Shown in pieces: positions 49,896-61,061 of a stretch of 64,000 bases of DNA. The number at the start of each line of letters is the position of its first letter. Positions within the stretch are counted from its first letter, which is position 1. The notes under the pieces are model-generated. The model was not told where the DNA came from. It saw nothing but the letters and a program-made list of their open reading frames with translations, and did not search any database. The DNA lies in the NCBI GenBank assembly GCA_965222225.1, contig CBDCTK010000002.1:1696001-1760000 (forward strand). Direction: 5' to 3'. The translations under genes were made by a program, and so were the position numbers. The DNA comes from Candidatus Poribacteria bacterium. GTDB taxonomy: Bacteria; Poribacteria; WGA-4E; JAJDTR01.

Positions 49896-52394
49896 TCACT
49901 CTACAAACAGAGGTATTCGTTTGGACATTAGCAAATAAGGGCTATTCTCGGTGACTTCAAGCGCATGCTTGATTGCCGTCTTCCCTTCTAAAGTCTTGGA
50001 ATTGTACACTTCAAAGAAGTCGTTGTAAAAATGGTCCGGATGTACATCAAGTCGAACTTCCAGAGATCTTGCATCATTGGTAAAGGATGCTTTGTATGTG
50101 TATACCCATGTTCCACCTGCCGGGATACGCGTGTCAAACACCTCTTTATCCAATGATAATGGTACTCGTCGTTGAATCACTCGAATTGCCTCGGTCTTCG
50201 GAATTAGAGTTTCTGCCTCATCGAGTAATCGCACAGTGACAAAAATCGCCGGGGTCAGATAAGTAGGTAAATGGTGCCCCGCCCCCTGATTCGTTAGACG
50301 AATTTCTGCCTCTATAGACTCTTGATAGTTCCTGATTTCTATATCCAACTTTAGCGCATTTTTCACACTCTCGGGATCATGAATCCCACGCCATTGGTGG
50401 CGGCGGTTCGGCATATGACACGATTGACACGTTTTTCCTTCCTTCGCATGCGGACTTTCAAGCCATTCATTGTACGTATTTTCCAGTAGTTTGCCGTTTA
50501 GAGAGAATCCGTTTTCCTCGAACTGATGGCACGGCTTACAAAACGCAGAATCACTATAGGCAGAAGCGACTACCGCTCCACCGTGATGTCCTCCCGCGAA
50601 AACACTTGCGGCTGCCGCATGTTCCGGGAATGGCGGGCCGAAACGCTGATGTGAGCGCACGTGGCATGCCGCACAGACAATTCCGTGGGATTGAAGTTTT
50701 GCATCATATCCCCTATTCGGAATATATTCCCTGCCTCTACCGGTCAGTTCAGTTTGATTGCTGACTTCATCCTCACCAGGGGGAAGAAACTCCGCCTGCT
50801 CGGATAATGGGGCATGACATTTCTGGCACTTGAGGATGGTTGCCGGATTTTGCTCAACCAGTTGACCGTGTACCCCTGGCCCCGTGGCGATGGCATGCCT
50901 AGATGTTTTCCAATCCTCAAGCTGTTGTTGATGACAAATCCCACACGCCTCTGGGGTGAGTTGCGATACCACTTCGTTGTAATAGTCAGGTGCTTTTTGC
51001 TGTGCTGGGATAGGCAACTCCCAAAACTCCTGTAAGAACTGATTGGGATTGCCCAACGCTCCACCTTCAGACTTATGTAACAAGGCATCATGAATCTCAT
51101 TTCGGCGAAGCGCCAAGATTGCAACTGTCATCAATCTAACATCCGATTCCGGCATGTCAATCCCCGGAACTTCTATCTGGGTTCCCTGATGTGTTTGAAT
51201 CTGCCGGATGGAATCTTGGATATCGTTGTCTAGCAACCGATTCGTAATGTTTACTCCCATATATTTTCCAACGCCGTGACATTGCGCACAACCTTTACTA
51301 ATGTACAATTTGAAACCATCCGCTGCCTTTAAAGCATCAATCTCGATCAGTTGTTCCATGCTGGAGAGTTCCCCTTCCTCAAGTGTCGAGTTGGGAACAA
51401 CATCTCCCAGCAAATACTCTGTCAAATTCAAGACTTGTTGATTGGTAAAGTCATAACTAGGCATTTTTGTTTCCGGGTGAAGAGCCGCCGGATTTTTTAG
51501 ATATGACATCAGCCATGTCCGACTCACTTTTGTACTTACTTTGGCAAGTTCTGGACCAACGGTCTCTCCGACTCCCTGCAAGGCGTGGCAACTTTGACAT
51601 TCGTTCTCGACATAAAGACGTTTCCCGGCTTCAGCATCTCCCACCCCTTCGATTGGCTGAAGCTGTTCATCAAGTCGCAGACTACTAAGGAACTCAACAA
51701 TCGCCTCACGTTCCGAATCGGTCATCTCAACTCGCGGCATCTTCGATTCTGGCAGATACACTGTCGGATCGCCTAGCCACTGATTCAGCCATGCTCTTGA
51801 GGCCTTATTCCCTATATAATCCAAACGGGGGGCGTAACGTCGAACAGGAATTTCGACAGGAAGATGATGACAGGTCACGCAGCCGTATTTATTCAACACA
51901 TACCGACCGCCGGAAAGATAGGGTGCATCTAGAACAGCAGGTTCAACATGGCATTTGCCACATGCCGCTTCTATCTGTTGACCTTTCAAAAACGGCAATC
52001 CTTCTATCGAGGTGTGTGCTTCCTCTTTATCTGGAGCACTGCCGTTTCCACCATGGCAAAGCGTACAACCGAATGCTGCAGGGGCGTGGCGAGCTAGATG
52101 TTTGCCCGGGTGCGCGTCTTCGGCGGTCTGTTCTGTAAAATGACAATTAAGGCATTGTTCGACTTCCGGATTTATTCCCGCAGATGCAATAACCTGCGCC
52201 CACGCATTTGATTGTGGCAGCATGTTCTCAATAGCCTTGTCATCCGCGGGAAGAACGCGTACCGCTTGGACAAGCGGATGCACATCTTCTGGTGCAGATT
52301 GCGGTAGCATCTGTCCGTTCAAAGGCAGCACGGGACCGAATGCGACAAAACCTATGAATGTGAAAAAACTAAGGACGAAATATTGAAGTTTCAC
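49896..52394 (-). CDS. Multiheme c-type cytochrome (11 CXXCH); start approximate
   Basis: Eleven CXXCH motifs counted; hydrophobic signal after the GTG at 52394; ORF track extends to 52535. Confidence 0.88.
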   Translation of the reverse strand: MKLQYFVLSFFTFIGFVAFGPVLPLNGQMLPQSAPEDVHPLVQAVRVLPADDKAIENMLPQSNAWAQVIASAGINPEVEQCLNCHFTEQTAEDAHPGKHLARHAPAAFGCTLCHGGNGSAPDKEEAHTSIEGLPFLKGQQIEAACGKCHVEPAVLDAPYLSGGRYVLNKYGCVTCHHLPVEIPVRRYAPRLDYIGNKASRAWLNQWLGDPTVYLPESKMPRVEMTDSEREAIVEFLSSLRLDEQLQPIEGVGDAEAGKRLYVENECQSCHALQGVGETVGPELAKVSTKVSRTWLMSYLKNPAALHPETKMPSYDFTNQQVLNLTEYLLGDVVPNSTLEEGELSSMEQLIEIDALKAADGFKLYISKGCAQCHGVGKYMGVNITNRLLDNDIQDSIRQIQTHQGTQIEVPGIDMPESDVRLMTVAILALRRNEIHDALLHKSEGGALGNPNQFLQEFWELPIPAQQKAPDYYNEVVSQLTPEACGICHQQQLEDWKTSRHAIATGPGVHGQLVEQNPATILKCQKCHAPLSEQAEFLPPGEDEVSNQTELTGRGREYIPNRGYDAKLQSHGIVCAACHVRSHQRFGPPFPEHAAAASVFAGGHHGGAVVASAYSDSAFCKPCHQFEENGFSLNGKLLENTYNEWLESPHAKEGKTCQSCHMPNRRHQWRGIHDPESVKNALKLDIEIRNYQESIEAEIRLTNQGAGHHLPTYLTPAIFVTVRLLDEAETLIPKTEAIRVIQRRVPLSLDKEVFDTRIPAGGTWVYTYKASFTNDARSLEVRLDVHPDHFYNDFFEVYNSKTLEGKTAIKHALEVTENSPYLLMSKRIPLFVE

Positions 52395-52444
52395 TAAAGG
52401 TGATGATGCGCTCAACAACACATAGATTCGTCTATTCAACAATC

Positions 52445-52735
52445 CTACGAGTTCTTCGGATCGTCGGGAGAAGAACGGATAGAAAGGTTCGTTTTCGCTG
52501 GAATGTCCCAAGAAACGTGGCCGCACACCGGACACCGTAACTCAACTTCAACAAGGTTTCTCATCGCCCCCGTTTTAATTGGCTTCCGCTGTGTCTGACA
52601 TTGCGAACACCGTACATCACGGAATTCGTCGGCGTCGCTTTTTCCAAAGTATAGCAGAATGCGGAACAGCCCGTAAATCATGACCAGAATAATTACACAG
52701 AACAGAATAAAATAAAGAAACGGTAGGATTTCCAT
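52445..52735 (-). CDS. Small membrane protein with zinc-ribbon-like CxxC pairs
   Basis: N-terminal TM; CSQC and CPVC. Confidence 0.55.
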   Translation of the reverse strand: MEILPFLYFILFCVIILVMIYGLFRILLYFGKSDADEFRDVRCSQCQTQRKPIKTGAMRNLVEVELRCPVCGHVSWDIPAKTNLSIRSSPDDPKNS

Positions 52736-52754
52736 CTATCGGGCGGTAAAGTTC

Positions 52755-53537
52755 TTACTGCACCGTGAAGAGCGTCTTGAAGAAGTCCTGCATATCGGTC
52801 CAAGATTGCTTATCCGCTGCCGCATTATATCTCAACGGTCCGCCACGTGTATCCGCAGCCGGATTGGTGAAGCTGTGGCTAGCCTCAGGGTAGACGATAA
52901 ACTTAAAATCTACTTCGGCATTTTGCATCTCTTTCTTAAACGTGTCTACTTGTTTTGGCGTTATAAACGGATCGACTCCACCGTGACACACCAGAATCTT
53001 GGCTTTCACCGTCCCGCGCTTTGCAGGCGTCTGTGTTGACAACGAACCGTGGAAACTGACCACTCCGTCAAGCTCATCAATTCCGAGACGAGCCATGTGT
53101 AGCACAATACCGCCGCCAAAGCAATAGCCGATTGCGGCAATATGTTCCGAATCAACGGTTGGGTGTTTCTTCAATAAATCCATGCCAGCTATGAAACGGG
53201 CTTTGGCAACTTCCATATTTTCCATCACTGCGCGAGCAAATTTGCCGGCATCGTCGGGGTGGTCAACCAGTTTTCCATCGCCGTACATGTCTACCGCAAG
53301 TGCCGTATATCCCAACTCAGCCAACATTCGCACTCGGTTGCGCACATATTCGTTGTGGCCCCACCATTCGTGAACAACCAACACGCCGGGGCGTTTCCCT
53401 TTAGCTTGGTCGTTATAAGCCAGATAACCTTTAAACACGACATTATCCACCGTGTATTTGACCATTTCCCCATGGGTATGGGCATAACCGCACATTGCTA
53501 TTGACAACATTAACAGCGTGGAAATACTTATTCGCAT
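52755..53537 (-). CDS. Dienelactone hydrolase family protein (exported)
   Basis: HEWWG, GYCFGG, SFHG, HSFTNP. Confidence 0.9.
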   Translation of the reverse strand: MRISISTLLMLSIAMCGYAHTHGEMVKYTVDNVVFKGYLAYNDQAKGKRPGVLVVHEWWGHNEYVRNRVRMLAELGYTALAVDMYGDGKLVDHPDDAGKFARAVMENMEVAKARFIAGMDLLKKHPTVDSEHIAAIGYCFGGGIVLHMARLGIDELDGVVSFHGSLSTQTPAKRGTVKAKILVCHGGVDPFITPKQVDTFKKEMQNAEVDFKFIVYPEASHSFTNPAADTRGGPLRYNAAADKQSWTDMQDFFKTLFTVQ

Positions 53538-53755
53538 TTTGTGCCCTCCGTAAGACAATCATTATTTCTGAGAAAACCTAATACCATCTCGTTGAAAGGG
53601 GGTTGATAGTACACTGTCTAAGGAGTAAGTCGTCCCGCAGCGGTCTATCTGTCCAGAATGTTTAATTGTGGACACTGAACCGCAGGAGTCTTGCAACAAG
53701 CTAGGTTTGAGATTATCGAATACTCCAACGAAACAAAGCTGGAGCTGCAGTACTT

Positions 53756-55213
53756 TCAGACCATGTTTGCCAGTTGGGCGGGCATGAACTTTGGATTCGC
53801 TTTAATTGCCTTAGCCAGGGCAGCCTTCGCCTCCGCTTCAGCACCATTTGTTCGGTTGGCTAGTCCAATCGAGAAGTACGCTTGGGCAAGCTGAGTGTCG
53901 GTAAGCGGGAGATTCAACGCACGGTGAATGTATGCTAGCCCAGGTGCCGGATCGTCGCCATTACGGTAGGCAACTGTAATCAGCGTTTGGCCAAGCAGTA
54001 ACAGTGCCGGTGCGTACTCGGGATCCAATTCCAACGCAGTCTGAATGGCGATTCTTGCCTGCGAGAAAAAATCTCCTTTTTCCAGAACGCTCGATACGAT
54101 GCGCGACTCTTGGTTCAATGTGCTCGCCAATTCCGTCCATGAGGCAGGGTTTTCCGGATACTGGCGGGTAGCTTCGCGCAGCACCGCAATCCTCAAACCA
54201 ATGTCACCTCCCTCTCCCAATTCTGCCGCTGCTTGATAATAACCCTCAAAACTATCAAGTTTGGAGGTTTTCTCTCCAACCTCACGTGGGTTGGCGGACG
54301 GGACAACTGACGGCTTGAAGTGCTGCCAACCCGGCTCAGGGACATCAATCAATCCGCGATAAACGCGTAGGGCGGCATAACGGGGCGTACCCCACACCTC
54401 GGCGATTCGGGTAATCCAGTCGGGAAGACCATTCTCAAGATCCGCAAGTAATTCAGTTAACTCCATGCCGTTGTCCATCCGCTTACGAACTTCTGTTAGA
54501 AAGTATTCTTCAATTTTAATTAGTAGATCCATTTCTGTGTCATGTGCCAACGGTCCATGACCGGGAAGCACGTGGTCAGGATTGTATGAGCGCAGTTCGT
54601 CTATCGTGTTAATCCAGTCGTGATTTCCCATCAACCCCTCATTCATTACAGGCTGACCGAAGATGGGGAAACTGCCGGTCATAATCGTATCACCGGAAAT
54701 TATGCATCTTTCGTGTGGAATGCGAACGGCAGTTGCATCGTCCGTTTCTGCTTTACCAAGATGGACAAGATGTAGCGGCTGATTCCCTAGATTAAGTTCC
54801 GTTTCGAGTTGGAAAGTCTCATCGGGTAAATAGGGGTCATCGCCCAACTCAAAACCACGCGACCGGAGAAACGCTTTTTGACGTGGGGCTCGATCGACCA
54901 TAAACTCCTTCGTCATCTCTCTTGAAATGACTGCCGCCCCCTCATCATGAAAAATAATATTTCCGTTCGTGTGGTCCCAGTGGTAGTGGGTATTGATGGT
55001 ATACAGAATCGGTTTATCCGTTATCCTCCGAACAGCCTGAAGCACCCGACACGCCATATGCTGGTTAACCTGCGTATCAATGATGGCTACCCCTTTGTCA
55101 CCAACAACGATGGATGAATTAACGATATTGCGAAAAAGGTAGACCCTATCTGTTATTTTTTCGAGCGCTCCATATTGAAGCGGAGCGTACGGGTTGTCTT
55201 GCACTGGCTTCAT
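53756..55213 (-). CDS. Metallo-beta-lactamase-fold hydrolase with C-terminal TPR domain
   Basis: NTHYHWDHTNGN, GD, PGHG; TPR helices (ALELDP.YA). Confidence 0.8.
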   Translation of the reverse strand: MKPVQDNPYAPLQYGALEKITDRVYLFRNIVNSSIVVGDKGVAIIDTQVNQHMACRVLQAVRRITDKPILYTINTHYHWDHTNGNIIFHDEGAAVISREMTKEFMVDRAPRQKAFLRSRGFELGDDPYLPDETFQLETELNLGNQPLHLVHLGKAETDDATAVRIPHERCIISGDTIMTGSFPIFGQPVMNEGLMGNHDWINTIDELRSYNPDHVLPGHGPLAHDTEMDLLIKIEEYFLTEVRKRMDNGMELTELLADLENGLPDWITRIAEVWGTPRYAALRVYRGLIDVPEPGWQHFKPSVVPSANPREVGEKTSKLDSFEGYYQAAAELGEGGDIGLRIAVLREATRQYPENPASWTELASTLNQESRIVSSVLEKGDFFSQARIAIQTALELDPEYAPALLLLGQTLITVAYRNGDDPAPGLAYIHRALNLPLTDTQLAQAYFSIGLANRTNGAEAEAKAALAKAIKANPKFMPAQLANMV

Positions 55214-55393
55214 GTAGTTTCTCCCAGCGAGATCGCTTCTTTATTGAATCAGATTATTCATATTGACTTTATTCCTGTTCTTAGGACCATTAACGGCCCA
55301 GGACTGATACTGGCTCATATCTCCGAATTATTGCAGCGGAAGACAAACAAATTAATAATCCTAACATAAAATTTTGCATGGTATACTCGAACA

Positions 55394-56488
55394 TCATTTA
55401 CTCCATGTGTGGGCTTTAGCCGCCTTTATAAAATGCTTCACATTCTCGAATGGAGTGTCCTTATGAATTCCATGATTGAGATTAAGAATATGTCCGACTC
55501 TTCCAGCTTGTTGCAAACAGCTGTCCACGGCATCCGTGACATCGTCGGGGGTACCGTCACGAAGAACACAATTATCCACATTGCCTTGGACAGCAACCTG
55601 ACCTGCCGCATACGCCTGAGCTTTTTTAAGGTCTATACATTTTCCCAAACTTAGCACGTCTGCGCCGCTTTTCAGCATCAAATCCAGATAAGAACACTCT
55701 TTCGCAAACAAGATGGAAGGCGCGTCGGCACTCAACTCCGCGAAAATCTGTTCATGGTACGGCTGAGCAAAGGCTTCATATAACGGTCGTTCAATCCCAT
55801 CCGCGATTGACTCGAACAGTTGTACTATTTGAACACCCTGTGAAATCTGATAATTGAGGTAAGTTATCGTCATCTGCGTTAAGCGTTGCAACAGATCATG
55901 AAGCAAGTTGGGCGCTTCTCGCATCATTCGGAATATGACATTGGCTTCGCGTGATAGTCCACCCTCTCGATTCATGGGACTTTTTCCCGTAATCATAAAG
56001 AATGCTAGCGTCAAGGGAGCTCCGGAAAAACCAATCAATGGGAGTTTGCCATCCAATGATCGGCGGAGACCTCTGATTACCTCACCGGTAAAATTCAACT
56101 GTGACAAAGGGTCATCAAGCGGACGCAAGCCCACTATCTGGCTAGCCGTACGAATAGGAGTTCCCAACACTGGAGCAGGGGCAAAGCGAAAATGTACACC
56201 CATAGGAGCTAGTGGGGTAAGGATATCATGGTACATAATAATGGCGTCAACCCCGATGCGTTTCGGCAGGAGTGAGATTTCGATTACCCATTCGACTTCC
56301 GTAGTGCCAAAGGACCCCGGAACTGTTTGAAACAGACGCTCTAGTGGAAAGTTAATCTTATCCCTAAGTGCCCGATAAACCGGATCGGAACGACCTGCTT
56401 GACGCATCAACCACACAGGCACACGTTCAACTGGAAGGCGTCGCACTGCGCGGAGCAAAAGGTTATTTTCTCGCATGGGATTGGTCAA
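55394..56488 (-). CDS. hemE: Uroporphyrinogen decarboxylase
   Basis: PVWLMRQAGR, LIGFSGAP.T, QLFES, VQGN.D, HILNL.HGI. Confidence 0.9.
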   Translation of the reverse strand: MTNPMRENNLLLRAVRRLPVERVPVWLMRQAGRSDPVYRALRDKINFPLERLFQTVPGSFGTTEVEWVIEISLLPKRIGVDAIIMYHDILTPLAPMGVHFRFAPAPVLGTPIRTASQIVGLRPLDDPLSQLNFTGEVIRGLRRSLDGKLPLIGFSGAPLTLAFFMITGKSPMNREGGLSREANVIFRMMREAPNLLHDLLQRLTQMTITYLNYQISQGVQIVQLFESIADGIERPLYEAFAQPYHEQIFAELSADAPSILFAKECSYLDLMLKSGADVLSLGKCIDLKKAQAYAAGQVAVQGNVDNCVLRDGTPDDVTDAVDSCLQQAGRVGHILNLNHGIHKDTPFENVKHFIKAAKAHTWSK

Positions 56489-57027
56489 TTCTTACTGTTT
56501 CCTACTCTTTCTTTTTCATGGCGCTCAAGAAACTGTCTGAGTTTCACGAAGCTCTTCACGTTCTTCATGATACGACCACTCTCCCGCTCTTCAAGATAGA
56601 GAAAAAAGCCCATCAAGTACAAGCTAATGAAAAATAGTATAAAGCCTGAGAAACATCTCAAGACGGCAAAATAGTCTGCCTCCAGATGAAGGCGGGGAAA
56701 GGAGCCATGATAAACTTTCAACACACTGTTTTCCTGTCTAAGTGTGTAGGTTCGATTACTATTTTCATCAAGAATCAACCACCTACTGCTGTGATAGTCA
56801 CCGAGTGAACTGCTGAGGTTCTCGGAAAGAGAAAACCCATGCTTCTCAAAAGTCTCCCTCAGCGTTTCCGAAATCACGTCGCGATTCAGTTCCGACGCGA
56901 ATTGAGAATCTATGCTGAATCTCAACGTTTGGTTCCACGTTATTGACGCGAAATCCCCCCAACCTGCAACACCTATCGATAGAAAGGCAATTGAGAGCGC
57001 GAAAACTATGAAAAATGGTATGCCCAT
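56485..57027 (-). CDS. Hypothetical two-TM membrane protein
   Basis: Hydrophobic N- and C-terminal helices; stop overlaps the hemE start. Confidence 0.55.
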   Translation of the reverse strand: MGIPFFIVFALSIAFLSIGVAGWGDFASITWNQTLRFSIDSQFASELNRDVISETLRETFEKHGFSLSENLSSSLGDYHSSRWLILDENSNRTYTLRQENSVLKVYHGSFPRLHLEADYFAVLRCFSGFILFFISLYLMGFFLYLEERESGRIMKNVKSFVKLRQFLERHEKERVGNSKN

Positions 57028-57685
57028 AATAGCGTTATGCGGTGTCTGGTTGCTTTAATCTCATGCTACACCCTCATTTACTCAAGATGTCTTCCTAGCT
57101 GCAATGAGCACCGTAATGCGAGAATCTCAGCGGCAACTACGCTTTCAAGCGAAACCCATATAGAAATAAAACCAGCATCCATTACTCGCGAGAGCTTCCG
57201 CACCGTCGTTGACTTCCATCAAGCATTTAGGGCTGGTGCGTCATTTCGGAGCATCATGGGATTGATTCTACGAGCCTGTCTGCAGTGAAGTTCAAACTTT
57301 ATGCAAACGAGGATTTGGTGAGATGTTTGGCGTAATTTCACATTGACCATTCAACGACGCCAAGAAACGGATGGCAATATTATTGGGAGCCGAGTTGTAG
57401 AAACAAATATTTCGTAACAATACGAATATTACGATTTCCAAAATGACTGACCTTAAGCCCATCTTCAATGTTTGACCGGAACTCGAATCCACACTATTAT
57501 AGCACAATCAAGAGGGGGCATGACGAAAATCTGCGGCGACTGTCAATTGGATTTGTGTCGTCTTAAGGCAGATTACCGATGAATTTGGCGTTAGGTTGCG
57601 GGCAGGCCATTATGCCGCTCTCTGGATTGGGATGGAAAAATGCTAAGTTCGATATCTTGACATCAGTGCAATAGAGTCCACTAAT

Positions 57686-58525
57686 TCACATGAAGTACTT
57701 TGTCTCCAAGAACAGGAACCTCCCGCATAATTCCCCTATAAAAACTGCAATCATGGCAACATAGAGAAATCCTGTCGCGGCACGCGTTGCTCCAACGGCA
57801 TCCCGTTCCACGGCTTTGTCTCGGAGACAATACCATACAATGATGTACAGCAGAAATGACCCGCAAAACCCAATTAAGACACGCATTCCCAACACAACCT
57901 GCAAAAAGAAATTACGCGGTATTCCCACTGACGACCCCGCACCTACGGCAAAATTCAGGACAAACAGAGAAATTGATAGAAGAAGAGCAATTAGAAAAAT
58001 CTGATTGAACCTTTTCAGATGGATTACTGGAAGATCTGGCGTCACTAGATACCAGTGTCCAAACCACATGCCGCTATTTACAGAGCCTAGCAGAACAGCA
58101 GAGACCAGAAATTGGAGAGGTAACAGGAATCTGCTCAGTGGAAGATGGCTATGTGGCTGAAAAGATTGTGCGCTGCTCACAACCCAAATTGTCCCGACGA
58201 CCGTCCCAACGAAAAGAAGACCTCGATTAAGAATCTCAGATTTCAGCCAAAGACTAACGGCGTAGCAAAAGAGAATAAGAAACAGAAGGAGCGTAAAAAA
58301 CACATCTTGTCCACTCCAAGCTAGGAAAAAACTTCTCCAAGAGACCGCTTGACCGCTAATCGGAAGGCTTGTACACCTGGCGAATATGATTGCTAGCAGG
58401 TAAATACTCCCCATCAAGCGATAAAAGCCACGACCTACCAATCCCTTTGGCACAAGAAGAAGCAAGGTAAAACCGCCAATTGCCAGTTGACTGAATACCA
58501 GATAAAAAATCGGAGTGAGAATCAT
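57686..58525 (-). CDS. Polytopic membrane protein with GHWYL motif
   Basis: About 8 hydrophobic segments; ATG at 58525 avoids overlap with rplL. Confidence 0.7.
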   Translation of the reverse strand: MILTPIFYLVFSQLAIGGFTLLLLVPKGLVGRGFYRLMGSIYLLAIIFARCTSLPISGQAVSWRSFFLAWSGQDVFFTLLLFLILFCYAVSLWLKSEILNRGLLFVGTVVGTIWVVSSAQSFQPHSHLPLSRFLLPLQFLVSAVLLGSVNSGMWFGHWYLVTPDLPVIHLKRFNQIFLIALLLSISLFVLNFAVGAGSSVGIPRNFFLQVVLGMRVLIGFCGSFLLYIIVWYCLRDKAVERDAVGATRAATGFLYVAMIAVFIGELCGRFLFLETKYFM

Positions 58526-58607
58526 ATTCTGGCCTTCTTCAGAAATAGAAAAACCCACTGTGGCAAGTAACCACAATGGGTTTGGATGGATTAAAGTCAG
58601 CTCGGAT

Positions 58608-59006
58608 TTATAGAATCTCCACAACCGCTCCAACCGCTTCTAACTGCTCTTTGATCTTTTCAGCTTCCTCTTGCGGGAGACCTTCCTTGATTACAGTGGG
58701 AGCGCTTTCGACCTTCTCTTTTGCTTCCTTGAGCCCAAGACCTGTCACCGCGCGCACCTCTTTGATAACAGGAATCTTTTGGGATCCAATCTCTTTCAAC
58801 TGAACGTCAAATGCGGTCTTTTCTTCTTCCGGTGGAGCTTCAGCTTCGGCTGCTCCTGCCCCTAGGGCACCCACCATCATTGGCGCCGCCATCATCGGTG
58901 CGGAAGCGCTCACGCCGAATTTATCTTCCAAAGCTTTCACCAACTCGGAAAGCTCCAAAACTGTCATGTTACTGATTGTTTCAATCATTTCATCAATGTT
59001 AGCCAT
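58608..59006 (-). CDS. rplL: 50S ribosomal protein L7/L12
   Basis: [24 protein letters not shown]. Confidence 0.98.
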   Translation of the reverse strand: MANIDEMIETISNMTVLELSELVKALEDKFGVSASAPMMAAPMMVGALGAGAAEAEAPPEEEKTAFDVQLKEIGSQKIPVIKEVRAVTGLGLKEAKEKVESAPTVIKEGLPQEEAEKIKEQLEAVGAVVEIL

Positions 59007-59035
59007 TTTCCTGTTCCTTTCTATATTTATAGTAA

Positions 59036-59602
59036 CTACGCCGATTCGGCCTCTTTTTTCTGATCGGCAACAGCCTGCAGTGCTGTCGTCAACTGACGCA
59101 CTGTACCATTTAAGACGCTGACAAAATCCGTCACTGGCGAACCTCTATGCAAAACAGAAACAAGCCCGGAAAGCGGTACTTTGATACCGACAATAGCCTG
59201 AGCAATCAACTGTTCCTTTGACGGCATGTTGACAAGCGCTTCAACTCCCGCAGCATCAATGACCGATTTGCCCAGAAGACCGCCTTTGATTTTCAAATGC
59301 TCATGTTCATCGGCAAATTCCTTCAAAATCTTTGAACACGCTGTGGGATCATCACTCGTTGCGAGAGCAGTTGGACCTACCAAATGGTCTTCTAAACCCT
59401 CGATTCCCAGCTCTTGCGCAACAACCTTAACAAGTCGATTCTTGCAAACTTTATACTGAATACCCGCATCGCGTAATTGCTGTCGAAGCTCATTAACCTC
59501 AGCAACAGTCAATCCCTTGAAATCAGTTAGCAATACAACATCGGCACTCTGAATATGCTCTCGAATCATATCCACTTGTTGGATATTTGCTTGACTAGGC
59601 AT
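59036..59602 (-). CDS. rplJ: 50S ribosomal protein L10
   Basis: DFKGLTV....LR, KV.KN, L.GPTA, KGG, PSKE. Confidence 0.97.
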   Translation of the reverse strand: MPSQANIQQVDMIREHIQSADVVLLTDFKGLTVAEVNELRQQLRDAGIQYKVCKNRLVKVVAQELGIEGLEDHLVGPTALATSDDPTACSKILKEFADEHEHLKIKGGLLGKSVIDAAGVEALVNMPSKEQLIAQAIVGIKVPLSGLVSVLHRGSPVTDFVSVLNGTVRQLTTALQAVADQKKEAESA

Positions 59603-59639
59603 ACTTCACCTCCTTCCGCGAATTATTCAAAAATGTGAA

Positions 59640-59797
59640 AACAAAAAAGCCTCCAGTCAACTGGAGGCTTTTACACATGGATACTCACACAGATATTTTC
59701 CCCATTGCTTCGATAGGGAGAACTCATGCTCCATCGCTACCATGCCTCGGCAGGCTGAAAATATCATTTAAGCTATTGGCACCTGCTGTCTTTGACC
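59640..59797 (-). promoter_or_regulatory. L10 leader RNA with terminator-like hairpin
   Basis: Minus strand AAAGACAGCAGGTG...TTAA...CCTGCCGAGG, then AAAAGCCTCCAG-TTGA-CTGGAGGCTTTTTT before rplJ. Confidence 0.85.
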
Positions 59798-59834
59798 GTA
59801 TCGAGTTTCTTAAATTTTTTTCAAACTTGTGCGC

Positions 59835-60536
59835 TCAACCGCTAAATTGCACTGGGTCAAACCGTATCCCCCCACCCATAGTCGACGAAACGGCAACACT
59901 CCTCAAATACCGTCCCTTCACCGATGCAGGGCGTGCTCGCATTAATGCCTCCATTACCGTTTGAAGGTTTTCCTTAATCTGATTGTCATCGAAAGACGTT
60001 TTGCCGATGGGAACATGTACAATCCCCGATTCCTTTTCCACGCGGTATTCAATCTGGCCAGCCTTGATGTTGTTGATAGTTTCCGCTATCTCCATCGTTA
60101 CAGTCCCTGTCTTCGCATTGGGCATCAATCCTCGAGGACCTAGGATACGACCCAACTTCGGCATAATTGTCCTCATTAGATCCGGCGTTGCTACCGTGGC
60201 ATCGAAATCAAGCCATCCTCCAACAATTTTGTCAACTAGGTCGTCAGTGCCGACTGCATCTGCCCCGGCCTCTTCCGCTTCACGGGCTTTGTCTCCTTGA
60301 GCAAATACAACCACGCGTATCTGCTTACCAGTACCATGAGGCAATGCAACAGTGCCACGGATGTTCTGCTCCGCGTGACGCGGGTCTACTCCAAGACGCG
60401 CAGCTAAGTCAACAGATTCGTCAAACTTTGCCTTTGAAGTTTGTTTCAATAACTGCACACCTTCGTCTAAACTGTAAAGTTGAGACCGATCAATGAGATT
60501 CGCAATCTCGCGATTTCGTTTTCCGTTCTTTTTCAA
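59835..60536 (-). CDS. rplA: 50S ribosomal protein L1
   Basis: [30 protein letters not shown]; TTG after GGAGGT. Confidence 0.98.
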   Translation of the reverse strand: MKKNGKRNREIANLIDRSQLYSLDEGVQLLKQTSKAKFDESVDLAARLGVDPRHAEQNIRGTVALPHGTGKQIRVVVFAQGDKAREAEEAGADAVGTDDLVDKIVGGWLDFDATVATPDLMRTIMPKLGRILGPRGLMPNAKTGTVTMEIAETINNIKAGQIEYRVEKESGIVHVPIGKTSFDDNQIKENLQTVMEALMRARPASVKGRYLRSVAVSSTMGGGIRFDPVQFSG

Positions 60537-60575
60537 TGTGACCTCCACCCGATTTCGGCTAAATACCGTTTGGGA

Positions 60576-60998
60576 TTACTGGATTGTAATTCCCATGCTG
60601 CGAGCAGTTCCGGCAACCATCCGCATCGCAGCTTCAATGTCGCTAGTGTTAAGGTCCGCCAATTTTGTCTGTGCAATTTCTCGCACCTGATCTGTAGTAA
60701 TTGATGCAACTTTATCGCGGTTTGGTTCGCCAGATCCTTTTGCAATTCGTGCCGCCTGTTTCAACAGCACGGCTGCTGGAGATGATTTTACCTCAATGGA
60801 GAAGGAGCGATCCGCGTAGCAGGTGATATTCGTTGTAACAACCAATCCAGATTGATCCTGGGTCTGGGCGTTAAACGATTTGATGAACTCTGGGATATTA
60901 ATCATGTACGGGGCAAGACTCGGACCGACTGGCGGGTTTGGCGTCGCTTGTCCCGAGACCAATTGAAGTTTCACAATTCCTGCGATTTTCTTTGCCAT
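60576..60998 (-). CDS. rplK: 50S ribosomal protein L11
   Basis: KLQ...[22 protein letters not shown]. Confidence 0.98.
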   Translation of the reverse strand: MAKKIAGIVKLQLVSGQATPNPPVGPSLAPYMINIPEFIKSFNAQTQDQSGLVVTTNITCYADRSFSIEVKSSPAAVLLKQAARIAKGSGEPNRDKVASITTDQVREIAQTKLADLNTSDIEAAMRMVAGTARSMGITIQ

Positions 60999-61061
60999 TT
61001 TGATTCCTTCAAAATGCAGGCAGAATAGCCCGCTTTAACTTTTTCATTACCGGTTTAACTT

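Noticed and set aside
57037-57507. Small ORFs or ncRNA upstream of the hemE unit
   Set aside because: No recognisable protein or RNA motif; only a possible extended -10 near 57500
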